NCBI GenBank assembly: GCA_001600815.1
Contig: BCKZ01000005.1
Span: forward strand, 319,532 to 383,531
Direction: 5' to 3'
From: Alloascoidea hylecoeti
Taxonomy: Eukaryota
Length of the DNA: 64,000 bases
Positions 1 to 10,607 of this stretch are shown piece after piece. Positions within the stretch are counted from its first letter, which is position 1. Every line of letters begins with the position of its first letter. Under the pieces are notes generated by a model. That model was given only the letters and a program-made list of their open reading frames with translations, made no database searches and was not told the DNA's origin. The position numbers were made by a program, and so were the translations under genes.

Positions 1-3000
1 GATATTTTCAATTGTAATTCCAACTGGTCATGAATATATCACTATATTTAGATTAAACAATACCACGATGAATCCTACATCTCTCTATCTAGTTATTGGC
101 ATAGACGTATACCACAGCTTGAAATTTATGGGCAATTGCAACATAGGGTATAAATACATACAGGTAATTATCTGTTTCAATTACTAATTATAACCTTACA
201 TAGAAAATAAACCAACGTATAAGTGGTACTACTAATTGTAATTGCTCGCACACTGTATGTCAAATAGGTATATGAGTAAACAAATTAAATACAACAATTG
301 CTAATATCATATCCATAGAGGCCTATAGCCTATAGCTAGCTTACTAATTAATATACCCTTAAGCGCTTACATGTAGCTACATGTATATTACAACATGGCA
401 CTTTCAAAGGATGGGTTAACGATAATAATGTTAATGATATATTGATTTAATTTAAATTATATTAATTTTATTCCTGCGTATACAATTTGTGTACATAATG
501 ATATTTGACAACCTTTTGTTCTTATATAATTATAATTATAATCAATTTTGTTGAGAATATATATAAACTTATAGAATAAAATATATATAATATAGAAGCC
601 GTTCAAGCCGTTGTCTCAGTCAAATAAATAATACCAGCATATGTATATGAAACCTTTAATATTATGATAATAACAAGAAAAAAAGTGCGATGCTTCCGAT
701 CGTAGTATGTGATATAATTATGAATCTAGTGATGTGTCTACAGTGACTCTACACTGTCTAGTTCTTGCTGTATAAACTTATAATGTAGATGTCTTCCATG
801 GTGCGTGGGGAGGATATAATGAGAACTGTATATAGCAATAAAATTATGAGATCACTTATAATATATATATAATTATAAAGAATTCGAACCTTGTGTCACC
901 TTTTTTGATTTCAATTTCAAGTACATTTACTACAGTTGTATCCTGTATTAGATAACGTTAACTTAAATAGCTACAGCACTATATATACTATGCTAATTAC
1001 AAGTTTAAGAATTACCTAGCCTTGCAATTGAATTTAGGTTGGTCATGAATATTTTAACACTCATATGTAATCATTAAGGTTTTAAAATTTATATCGATAA
1101 TCCGATTCAATATCCGTGTATATATTAATTTATATAATATACAGTTGTATTCCGATTGCAATTAGTAATAATCCAGTTAATGATTACCCTGTTTAATTGT
1201 GACATGTTTTCATTTTCTATTGACTGCCATTAATAATGCTTAACTACGAGTCTACGGCTCCGTATACGGGACGGGGGATATATTAATTGCAATTGGCCAT
1301 GGTTGAACAACTTGAACTTAACCAATTATAATTAGTAATGCAAATAATAACACACAAAACCACCAAGGATTTATATTTTGAATTTCGTCTGCTCAATTAA
1401 CAATTTGGAGAAGCACTGTTAAGCAGGCTGTCTTCTTATCAATTCACCTGCAGAGAATAAGACTTGTTTGAAAACACCAAATTATGTTTTTGACATTTTC
1501 CATAATGTATCATATAAAATTTGAAAGCATCCCAAGTGGGTAACTTACCCAGATCAAACAATAATATACATAACATACAGATAACTTTAAAGATACATGT
1601 AGCCGATATATATTAATATTAATGCACTTGTAATTACATTATTACTTGTTTCGAGTTATTATTCAGCTTGTGCAATATTTATGCACTCTGCCCTGCATTT
1701 TTTGTAGGCATATCTCATATTTTTTATCCAATTTCAATTGCAATCCCAAAATATGAATCTTGCTGCCAAGAAACACAGAAAAGTTATTCTTTGTTCTAAT
1801 GCAAATTTCCGTCTTTATCTAGCATTACTCTTACATAGTTGGAACTTATGTAATGATAATAATGATATAGCAGTTTTATAATTGGAGAATAGATTGTATT
1901 TCATGGCTTGTAATTTGTAACGTTAACTACTATGCACATCTGGTAGGAGATGAGTAACTGATGTCGATAGGTCATACGCATGTAATAGTGATGTGATTTT
2001 TTCCGTGTGTTTGAGAATGCGTATGGTCACCTTCACTCAACCGTTGAAGAATAGTTTGGTTACAATTAAGATTGTAGTCGAAGAAACAGATTGCAAACTG
2101 TACAGAATTACTTAGGGTAAACTACATATCGACCCGTCCAAGCTTTACTAATTATTGATTTGCCGTTATCACAATATAAATTTGTAGCATTTCATATCAG
2201 GCAGAATTTTTTGAAGTCCCCACTTTTAAATATTATGAGTCGATCCTACTACCTAAATCGTCACTCAATTATAAATTGTAATATCTATACTTATTAATGA
2301 TATATTAATCATACTTTCTGATTATAAATTTATATTATTATTCTTATTCATGCATGTGCTTATGTTATTTTTATTCTTCTGTTAATAATACTTTTTATTT
2401 CACGATATAGCTATAGATCAAATATATAAGCTTATATAATATAAATGCAGCTACTGTTCTCCCCTTGGAAATAAATATATATTTTAATAAACATAATTTA
2501 CTATTATGGAAATATTTTCTTTCTTACTCAATACTCCCATTTTATTACTCTGAATCTTCAATCAACGTTAACTGTTAATTCCACATTAGAAATTAGAATC
2601 CAACATATCGATACACAAGCTGTACGCAAAATATAAATCAATTACGAATATTGAAATTGAAGATCTAGATCTAGATATAACTGTATATGGGCTTTGTTTT
2701 GTTTTACAACTGTGATTGAGCTTTAAATTGCATATATATATATGATCCAACTGTAGGATTTAAGTATTCTTTGCACATATTTTTTTGCAATTGTTTCATT
2801 AAAAATATACCCGTACGTATATATGATCATTAATACTCATGTAACTCATTTCTTATAAACAGCTGACTTTCTATATAGCTTGGCCTAGCTTGGATCCGGA
2901 TGTAAGCAAAAGAAAAATGCTTGTAGTTTATTCATTATCGGTATCAATTGGAAGAGCTTAAGAATAAGTAATAAGTATATATTATTATATGGTACCGGTT

Positions 3001-4109
3001 ATGATATAATCAGACATAATATCAAGGTCAATTTATGATAGTGGTTCCCTATATTTATGGATGGCATATAATTTCCCCGGCCGCCGTATATGAGCCTTGC
3101 AATTGTTTAAAGGTTTTTAAATATGTGTAAAGAGCCATAAAATTAAATACGAAGGGCATCATACAACAACATAATAGCATAATTACATGCAGATATATAA
3201 TGAACAAAATTGAACTTTAGATATAGCTAGAGTTCCGAGTAATTTATAAAAAGTTAGGAAAATATTTGTAGTGTTTTTTTGAATCATCTCATCATTTTTA
3301 TAATTACAAGAATAAGAAAAGTTTATAAATTAATATTTTTTGGTTTCTAATTAAAGTGCCTGAACAAAAGTTTTAATAATCCTTCAATTTTATGCTTCTT
3401 TCTGTGGCCCGCCGATATTATTGGTCAAGTATTCCTTCAATATTGTCATTAATACATATGCGCATATGCATATACGTATACTGTTTTCAACTTATATTTC
3501 CGGATCCAGACAAACTTTAGAACTTTGTAATATATGATCACCCCCAGGCTTTATATCTATACTTATAGTTGATAGTAGTACTAGTTATGTTATATTGACA
3601 GAAAATTGAAGACAATCTATTTTGAAGCTAGAATTTATAATATATATAAGATCTTACAAAAAGTTATGTTTTTCGGGCTACATCTCCGAGACAAATAGCT
3701 TATGTATATTCTAACATATTATAGCATATTTTATGCTGGAGGACCGAATGGCATTAATATTTTGAACTTTTTGACACCAATAGATCTATTATATTTATTT
3801 ATGGGCAACAAACAAAAAGCATTGTTGCAATTTTGATCCTTTTAAACAATATTATATGTAAACAATGTCATCGTTGTCATCTAGATGCATAACCTTAAAG
3901 TTTTAATTATATAAAGAGTGTAATATTAATTGCCACTGAGATGTTTAATAGAACTGACGTGACGGGATATATACCAGAATTAGGTTCACATAGTTGGGAT
4001 ATTTAAGAAGATAAATTTCCAGGAAAGTTTTCGAATTGTAATATGGTATTATGGTTGTGAGTTCCACTCTTGTCTGATTTATAACCATATATAATACTCG
4101 AAAATCAAA

Positions 4110-4316
4110 ATGTCATCTAAATCTCAAAATCCTTTATTCAAGAAATCAAGCTCCATTACAACTGGTAGTTCATCTACCCCAAAATCACATTCAAAAGAAA
4201 GTCAGGATCTGAAGAATCATAAATCCTCTCAGGATAAGGAAAATCCCCACCAATTTATGTCATTTGGTATTGAAATGTTTTCAAAATTAGGCCCAGGTTC
4301 AAATAAAAGTTGTTAA
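4110..4316 (+). CDS. Possible small orphan S/K-rich protein
   Basis: 68-codon ORF with AAAATGTCA start context and TATATAA about 20 bp upstream; no recognisable domain. Confidence 0.25.
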   Translation: MSSKSQNPLFKKSSSITTGSSSTPKSHSKESQDLKNHKSSQDKENPHQFMSFGIEMFSKLGPGSNKSC

Positions 4317-6555
4317 ATTCTTCCTAAATATAATACTAATATTAATTTCTGCTATACCTAGAACTGATAATTAAACACAGAAATTTTATTAATTAAAAAT
4401 TAATTATAAGGGCATATATAATAGCTAGCTCCTAACTTCTTCAACTTATTTATTCATTGAGAAAATTCACTTGCATACATACAAACTTTTTTGAATGTAC
4501 GATCGCAAGTACTAATAATGATATCGATGCTTTGGAAATATATTAATGAGGACATATCTATAGCATATTCATATTTAGCGATAATTATACATCTGCATAT
4601 TACATTGTTTCAACGGTATTTCTTTCTTTTGTCATAATAAATGTTGTATATATAAACATCTATAGTATATGTAAGATCTTATAAGATATTGTTAAAAGAA
4701 GGCAACCAGAATTAATCAAATATACACATCTATAAATTATATAATTGTAAGAGGTTCCACCATGTTAGTTAAATTATAACTATAACTTCATAGCTATATA
4801 TAGTATTGATGCCTCTCTAATATTAATATGCTACTTGCCTCAAGCTCACCAAATGTTATGCAAGTGAATGTATTTTCCTTCTCATCATCATATTATTTCT
4901 TATTTTAATTTAAAATTATTTAATTTGAAATTGCAATAGATTAAATAGATTGATCAACCATTCCTTTTTTCGATTGCTATTTATAATTAGCGCTGGTAAA
5001 TTCCTAGTATTATCTTCAAGCTTTTAATTAAAACATTCACGTATAACTACTTTCTCGTCATATAATATATGGTAAGTCACATACACATACCAACCACGAG
5101 TTCATCAGACATTTAATGCTTGTACAATTTTAAAAAAAAAGCTACCAAATTCTTCTGTGTGTCATCTGAATGTACTCTTTATAGACAACGAATGGTTCTC
5201 CTAGATTCTAAAAAATATCTTTTTTTTTTTAGTTTGTGTTTTTTATGGTGCATATCTTCTCGCGGTTGGTACGTAAACCTATATGAGCGCTAGCTATAGC
5301 TGGTCGATTACGATTAACTGCAAATCACCCTCCTTCTAGCCATAGTCAGTCAGACTCTTTTAATTAATATTAGTTCTCCAACAACCCTGCTAACAAAAAT
5401 TAAATATAGCATCTTAACGAACCGAGTTATAAGCTTACATTTTGTTAACATTGTTACGGGCTATCTGCGGCATTATATCCACCACTACTGATCATGATAT
5501 CACTTTTTTTATACCTTATCCCTTTTATATAAGTGACAAGTAACCGAAGGTTAAATCGCGAATGTCACGGTGACTTGAGTATAAATAGTTTGTGTTCCAG
5601 CAATTCTTGACACGTAGTCTCTTCTAGAATATAACTTATAATGATAATATTTATACGAATGAATATACTTTTAGAGTAGTATCCGATAAAGAAGTATTTG
5701 TTTAATCAAATTTTATAATGTCAGATAGGATAACTGCAAAACCTTTGGTGCCCTGAATTGAATCATTGAATGTGTTAGAGGAGATCAATATCAAGATTAA
5801 CGACCTGAACAATAAGTGTGACAGAGTCCTGGAAGTATTATAAAAACTTGAAATGGATAGAGATGGTGTGAAAGATCAAGAAGTTTTTTCATGAAAAAGG
5901 AACAACTCAAAACTCATTTTATGACAATATTATAAGTTATATAGAATGAATTGATTCACAACTGTGCCCATATACCACACAAAAGCTAAAATATTTCTTA
6001 AAATTTAACAAAATTATACTGTCTATATAAAATTTACAAAAGGCTCATAAACAAATTATAGAGTGGTTGACCGATTTTGTGGAAGAATATTCGCTTTTCT
6101 CTTCTCTCATGTAAATGAGAATGGGTGGATATGTTTGAATTATTTAGGCGCTAAACTTCATAGATGTTCCAAAGCAACATAAACACCAAATACACAGGAA
6201 AACTTGAATGTACCATCTTCTAGAGTTAATTGAAGTGTGAGGGGGATTTTCATATTTTAAATCATTAGCAGAAATTGTATGTTATATGGGTATATAAGTT
6301 ATAGTGTTTAGAGTAAATATAATAAAAAATATTTTTAAATATCTAAAATTGTGTTCAGACTATTATTAATATAGGCCTAATAACTTATTAATTAAAATCA
6401 TTCATCTAATTTTCTTTTATATCTTAAGCTTCTTTATTTGTAACACAATAAGATCTCAATCACATCACTATTGTTACATATAATTAACAATACACAAGAA
6501 GGTAAAATTTTCCACCACTCCAATTTCTATATTCGTCTAGGCTGCCTTATCTATT

Positions 6556-7542
6556 ATGTACATGTTTGCTAATTGTTATTTCATTAGATTACCACAATCT
6601 ATCAATTTAGAATACTTGACACAGAAACAATCAATGGTGAAACCCCGGTACTCAAAGCATTCAAGAAGAGAAACTTCACATGTTCCAGTGCATCAAGTAT
6701 CCGGACAGACTGATGAAGAGCATGACAATAATAAGCAACTATATAGTGACCATGGACTTGGTAATCATTCTCAACCTAGAAGTCAAAATAGCCAAGTACG
6801 TTCTTATAATGCTCTAGGTTTATTACCCGCCATACCCACAAATACCCCATTTACTATTTTATCAGACAGTCAAACACCTCCAGATCCGAATGGTTCGACT
6901 CAGTCATCTCAACCTACCCAATACTCTACTACTGGCTATCTAATACCTATTCATCAATTAACTGAAGAACAAAAACAACATACACAGCAACCAGTTCAGC
7001 ATGCGAATCAATCAGCTCAATATGGGCAACAACAAGTTCAATATGTGGAAGGACAAAATCAATACATGAATCAAGCTCCTGAAAATCCATATTTTCAGCA
7101 TACGCAACAAACAAATCTGATGATTTATCATCAAGGACAATATGCTTACCAAGCTCTTGTAAATCCATATTTTCAGCGTCATCAACAAATGAATCAGATG
7201 TTTTATCATCAAGAACAACCGACCACACTAAACCAAAGATCAAACCGTTGTCAAAAGTGTCAGAATTGTCAAGATTGTTTGCATATTCTTGAGACAGAAA
7301 GAGGAAAATCAGAAACACAATCAACTTCGGTAAGATCTTTGGCTTCTCATCTAACTGATCATAAAGAAAGAAGCTTAAGAGGTGACAATTTCTATCTACC
7401 TTGTGTACAATGTACAAAAGCAGGAAAGGAATGTAATCGACAAATCCCAAATTGTAAGAATTGTTCAAAATCAAAGGATATCTGTTCTTATAATAATCTT
7501 ACAAAAAATCAAATTGATTCAATTAAGGCTCAAAAGCCATAA
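6556..7542 (+). CDS. Gln-rich protein with C-terminal Zn(II)2Cys6 cluster (putative transcription factor); likely start at ATG 6634 (MVKPRY)
   Basis: CVQCTKAGKECNRQIPNCKNCSKSKDIC = Cx2Cx6Cx6Cx2Cx6C at 7402-7485; Q/P/Y-rich middle region. Confidence 0.8.
   Translation: MYMFANCYFIRLPQSINLEYLTQKQSMVKPRYSKHSRRETSHVPVHQVSGQTDEEHDNNKQLYSDHGLGNHSQPRSQNSQVRSYNALGLLPAIPTNTPFTILSDSQTPPDPNGSTQSSQPTQYSTTGYLIPIHQLTEEQKQHTQQPVQHANQSAQYGQQQVQYVEGQNQYMNQAPENPYFQHTQQTNLMIYHQGQYAYQALVNPYFQRHQQMNQMFYHQEQPTTLNQRSNRCQKCQNCQDCLHILETERGKSETQSTSVRSLASHLTDHKERSLRGDNFYLPCVQCTKAGKECNRQIPNCKNCSKSKDICSYNNLTKNQIDSIKAQKP
7072..7218 (+). repeat. Imperfect in-frame 78-bp tandem duplication (26 aa) in the Zn-cluster gene
   Basis: caagctc(c/t)tg(a/t)aaatccatattttcagc at 7072 and 7150; protein QAPENPYFQHTQQTNLMIYHQGQ vs QALVNPYFQRHQQMNQMFYHQEQ. 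Confidence 0.85.
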
Positions 7543-7997
7543 CAATAAAAGGAAGAAGAAATTTTCAATCTAATGCTATAGACTTCCAATAATCATGAAC
7601 AAACATCCACTTCAAATTCCCATGATGTACATTAATATTCCGAGACAAGCACCAGGGCTATAGCTAGTTCTTATACCCTTATATAATTTAAATCAATTGA
7701 TAATCGAGAAAAGTATAAGGATTTTAATATGAACTTATAGTTCTTGGCCACAATAGTCTAATAGTTAAGGTCAATACCCCCAATTTAGAAAATCTATTTT
7801 CCAGCATAATTCAATAGAGAACTTAATATCATAATGTGGTGGTCCAATTATAATTGAGATAATCTAGTTAGCCATTAATATTGCGACTGTAACGCGGTTG
7901 GTTAGTGGGATAATATATTTTTTCTAGCCTTTAAGTAAAACGTAAGAAACAAGTTCTACATCCATTTTAGATCTTTTAAACTTTTTTTAACTTTACA

Positions 7998-8352
7998 TGT
8001 CAGGTAGGAGGAAATCCTATTATACAATATTTTCAAACATCGGACAGTTGAAGGACTAATTATTCGGACACTTGATCACACTAAAGCTCTAAATATTCGG
8101 ATACATTTATCCGACCCGAGTAGATAAATGACCTGCTGAATATAGAGGTGTTTACTAAGATATTTAATAGGAAACCCCGAAAGACCAAGTGTCCGATTTT
8201 TCTAACTTTTCATATATTTTCCAATAACTAGAAACTATGTAAATTCTGAGGAAATCTCTACTATATATAGTGAAATAAAAACCTCTCTTTCTATTCTTCT
8301 TATTTTTGTGTATTCTTGCCACTCTTCTTTCTTCTCTTATGAACCTAGACCA
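7998..8352. mobile_element. Possible degenerate solo LTR upstream of the tRNA gene
   Basis: About 355 bp starting TGTCAGGT and ending ACCTAGACCA (imperfect inverted ends), internal TATATATAG and AATAAA followed by a CT-rich tract; no TSD found. Confidence 0.3.
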
Positions 8353-8364
8353 CCTTAAAAGTAA

Positions 8365-8650
8365 TTTTTTTTTTTTTTAGATATTTTTTACTTTTTCAAG
8401 TTTTTAGATATTAGAATCCCCCAATCAATCTCATTTAATATTTGTGGTGGTGTCCTTGCAAATATATATTTTTTCTTAGCTCTAGTGCCTTTTTGATAAA
8501 AGCCCCATTTTTTTCTATATGGTTATCTTTTGGATTTATGATCAATAATTTGATCCCAATTCTATCGCTTCCTAACATCAACTTCTTTAGTATTCTTATG
8601 GTTGAGCAATCTTCACATAGATGTAATATGTCGTCTTTACCTTGTATTTA
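8365..8650 (-). mobile_element. 5'-truncated L1-like non-LTR retrotransposon 3' fragment upstream of tRNA-Phe
   Basis: Minus strand 8644-8435 reads QGKDDILHLCEDCSTIRILKKLMLGSD... (the E/DxxxHxxxxC half of the ORF2 zinc knuckle), aligns with the C-terminus of the downstream element, and is followed by a 14-nt poly(A) (T14 at 8365-8378). Confidence 0.6.
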
Positions 8651-8706
8651 TATTCTGAGTGAGAGTATTAACAGGAGAGCACTTCATAAATTGAAATAAA
8701 AACCCA

Positions 8707-8713
8707 GCGGACT

Positions 8714-8755
<42 letters not shown>

Positions 8756-8779
8756 TGTGTTCGATCCACAGAGTTCGCA
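8707..8779 (+). tRNA. tF(GAA): tRNA-Phe(GAA), intron-less
   Basis: GCGGACTTAGCTCAGTTGGGAGAGCGTCAGACTGAAGATCTGAAGGTCCTGTGTTCGATCCACAGAGTTCGCA, near-identical to yeast tRNA-Phe; A and B boxes intact. Confidence 0.98.
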
Positions 8780-8787
8780 TTTTTTTT
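8780..8787 (+). terminator. RNA polymerase III oligo-dT terminator
   Basis: T8 immediately after the discriminator base of the tRNA. Confidence 0.9.
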
Positions 8788-8814
8788 ATTTGAAATTTGA
8801 AATTTGAAATTCAC

Positions 8815-10015
8815 ACCTTACTCCTAATTGGAAAACTAGATTGAAAGATATCAAGGAACAACTAGATAAGGTGTTCATCGATCTGATTATTTATAGCCGC
8901 CTCTAATTCAAAAAGCTGTGAGAGAAAAGCTAATTAATTCAAAATTATCGATTAGTATTGAAACACTCCACCGACCAGAGACACAAGGCGAATTGATCTC
9001 ACAAAACATTTCGAGGGTATTCATTCATCACGGGTTTTAGACTTGCTACAAAACAATAGTGAATCATTTCCAATCTATATTAGGGCTTTACTTCAACATA
9101 AATGTGATACTAGAAGCAAAAAATATTGCAAACATTACCAGTCCCCAAGGTCTTATGAATATTACTGGCTCCATCCTCTATGTGGATATAACATACAAGA
9201 AGATAGTGGTGAAGGCGAGATTACAATTAAGTCAAAAACTCTCCTACACCAAATCAAATAAGATAAAAAAAAAATACTTACAATCTCGAAATAACAAAGA
9301 CAAAAATATTACATAAAATCACCACTTTCATCCCATCACTTGATGAATACACAGCTTATGAGGTGGTATCCCAATCTTCTCCTTTAGAATGTATCAATAA
9401 TATTACAACTCATGATGATAAACCAATAGAAATCGGAGCGTTCAGAAAAGCGGCATCAAGATACTATCAGCAAAAGGATGATCAACCGATCATTCCTAAT
9501 TGGCCAACTAGACAAATCAAAGAACGCACACAGGACTGGAAAGAATGGTGGCTGCTCTGATCAATAGGAAAGAACCAGGGTCAGTAGATTTTATTCATAG
9601 ACTAAATCTCCGACACTACACACATCACTGGAGTCTTACCTCAAGTGATCATAAAAATGGTAATATGAATAAGTGTATTCTTTGCCTACAACCAATGATC
9701 GAAACAGAAGATCATGTTTTCAATAATTGTCAAACAAAAACAACAATTTTCTTATACTTCTTAGGTAAAGATATAAGTTTGGATGACTTAACATGCCCAA
9801 TTTACAAACATAAAATAATTCAAAATATAAGCCTAATTTCAGAGATTTTATGGCAGATGCGAGTAAACAGAAGATTCAACTCATACGATCTCAAAATAGA
9901 GTCAGATGCTATTGTTCATTTAGCTACACTTTTAAATAATTCTATACTTACGTTATAACCTTTTTATAGATTTTTATAATTTATAATAAAATGATAAAGT
10001 AAAAAAAAAAAAAAA
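8815..10015 (+). mobile_element. 5'-truncated, frameshifted L1-clade non-LTR retrotransposon (ORF2 C-terminal part) downstream of tRNA-Phe
   Basis: Fragments LIIYSRL and ISIETLHRPETQG..IDL (L1 post-RT 'PKxxGGLGxxDL' region), CCHC knuckle CILCLQPMIETEDHVFNNC, LWQMR motif, stop at 9958, A15 tail at 10001-10015. Confidence 0.85.
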
Positions 10016-10607
10016 CACTCGGGCTCTCCGTAGCCCAACATCTCTATAAATGGAAAAAAATATCAACTTAATGGTTGATCCTCATTCTAATATACGAGTA
10101 TTCCCCAGATTTTAATAGGGATACCTGAAAATATAAATTGAAAAGGAACGCTTATTTACTACGCGTTGTATTCCGAGATCGAGAAAGCCAATGATTAAAA
10201 TTTGTTAAATTTTGTTGTCAACAGCTCATGCTAAGTTCTACACTTATGGAGAACAAGTGTTGAAGAATTAACTGTTTATAGCTATAGAATGAGATTAGGA
10301 CACTCAACAACTCGGAGGTAAGTAGCTAAACAATAAGATGAGATGAGATAAAATCGTTGATTATCAGCAATTTTAATCGGTACCAAATCAAACTTGAGGT
10401 TGTTATTCAGCTTTCTAATTACATATTTGTTTAACTAGCTTGTATATTTATATGTATATGTACTCAAAATGATAATTTCGTTGATACACTTTATAATTTA
10501 TACCGGTTTTAGATTTACCCTGCATAATGTTAAATAATATTGTCATATATGGCATAAATCATTTTATAATATATATTTCATGAATTTATAACTTATTACT
10601 AATTTAT

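Noticed and set aside
6947..7474. 175-aa antisense ORF
   Set aside because: Shadow of the Gln-rich repetitive sense gene; no domain
8442..8699. 85-aa plus-strand ORF upstream of the tRNA
   Set aside because: Antisense shadow of the minus-strand LINE fragment
8800..10030. Target-site duplications around the LINE fragments
   Set aside because: Only 3-4 nt chance matches at the junctions; no convincing TSD for either element
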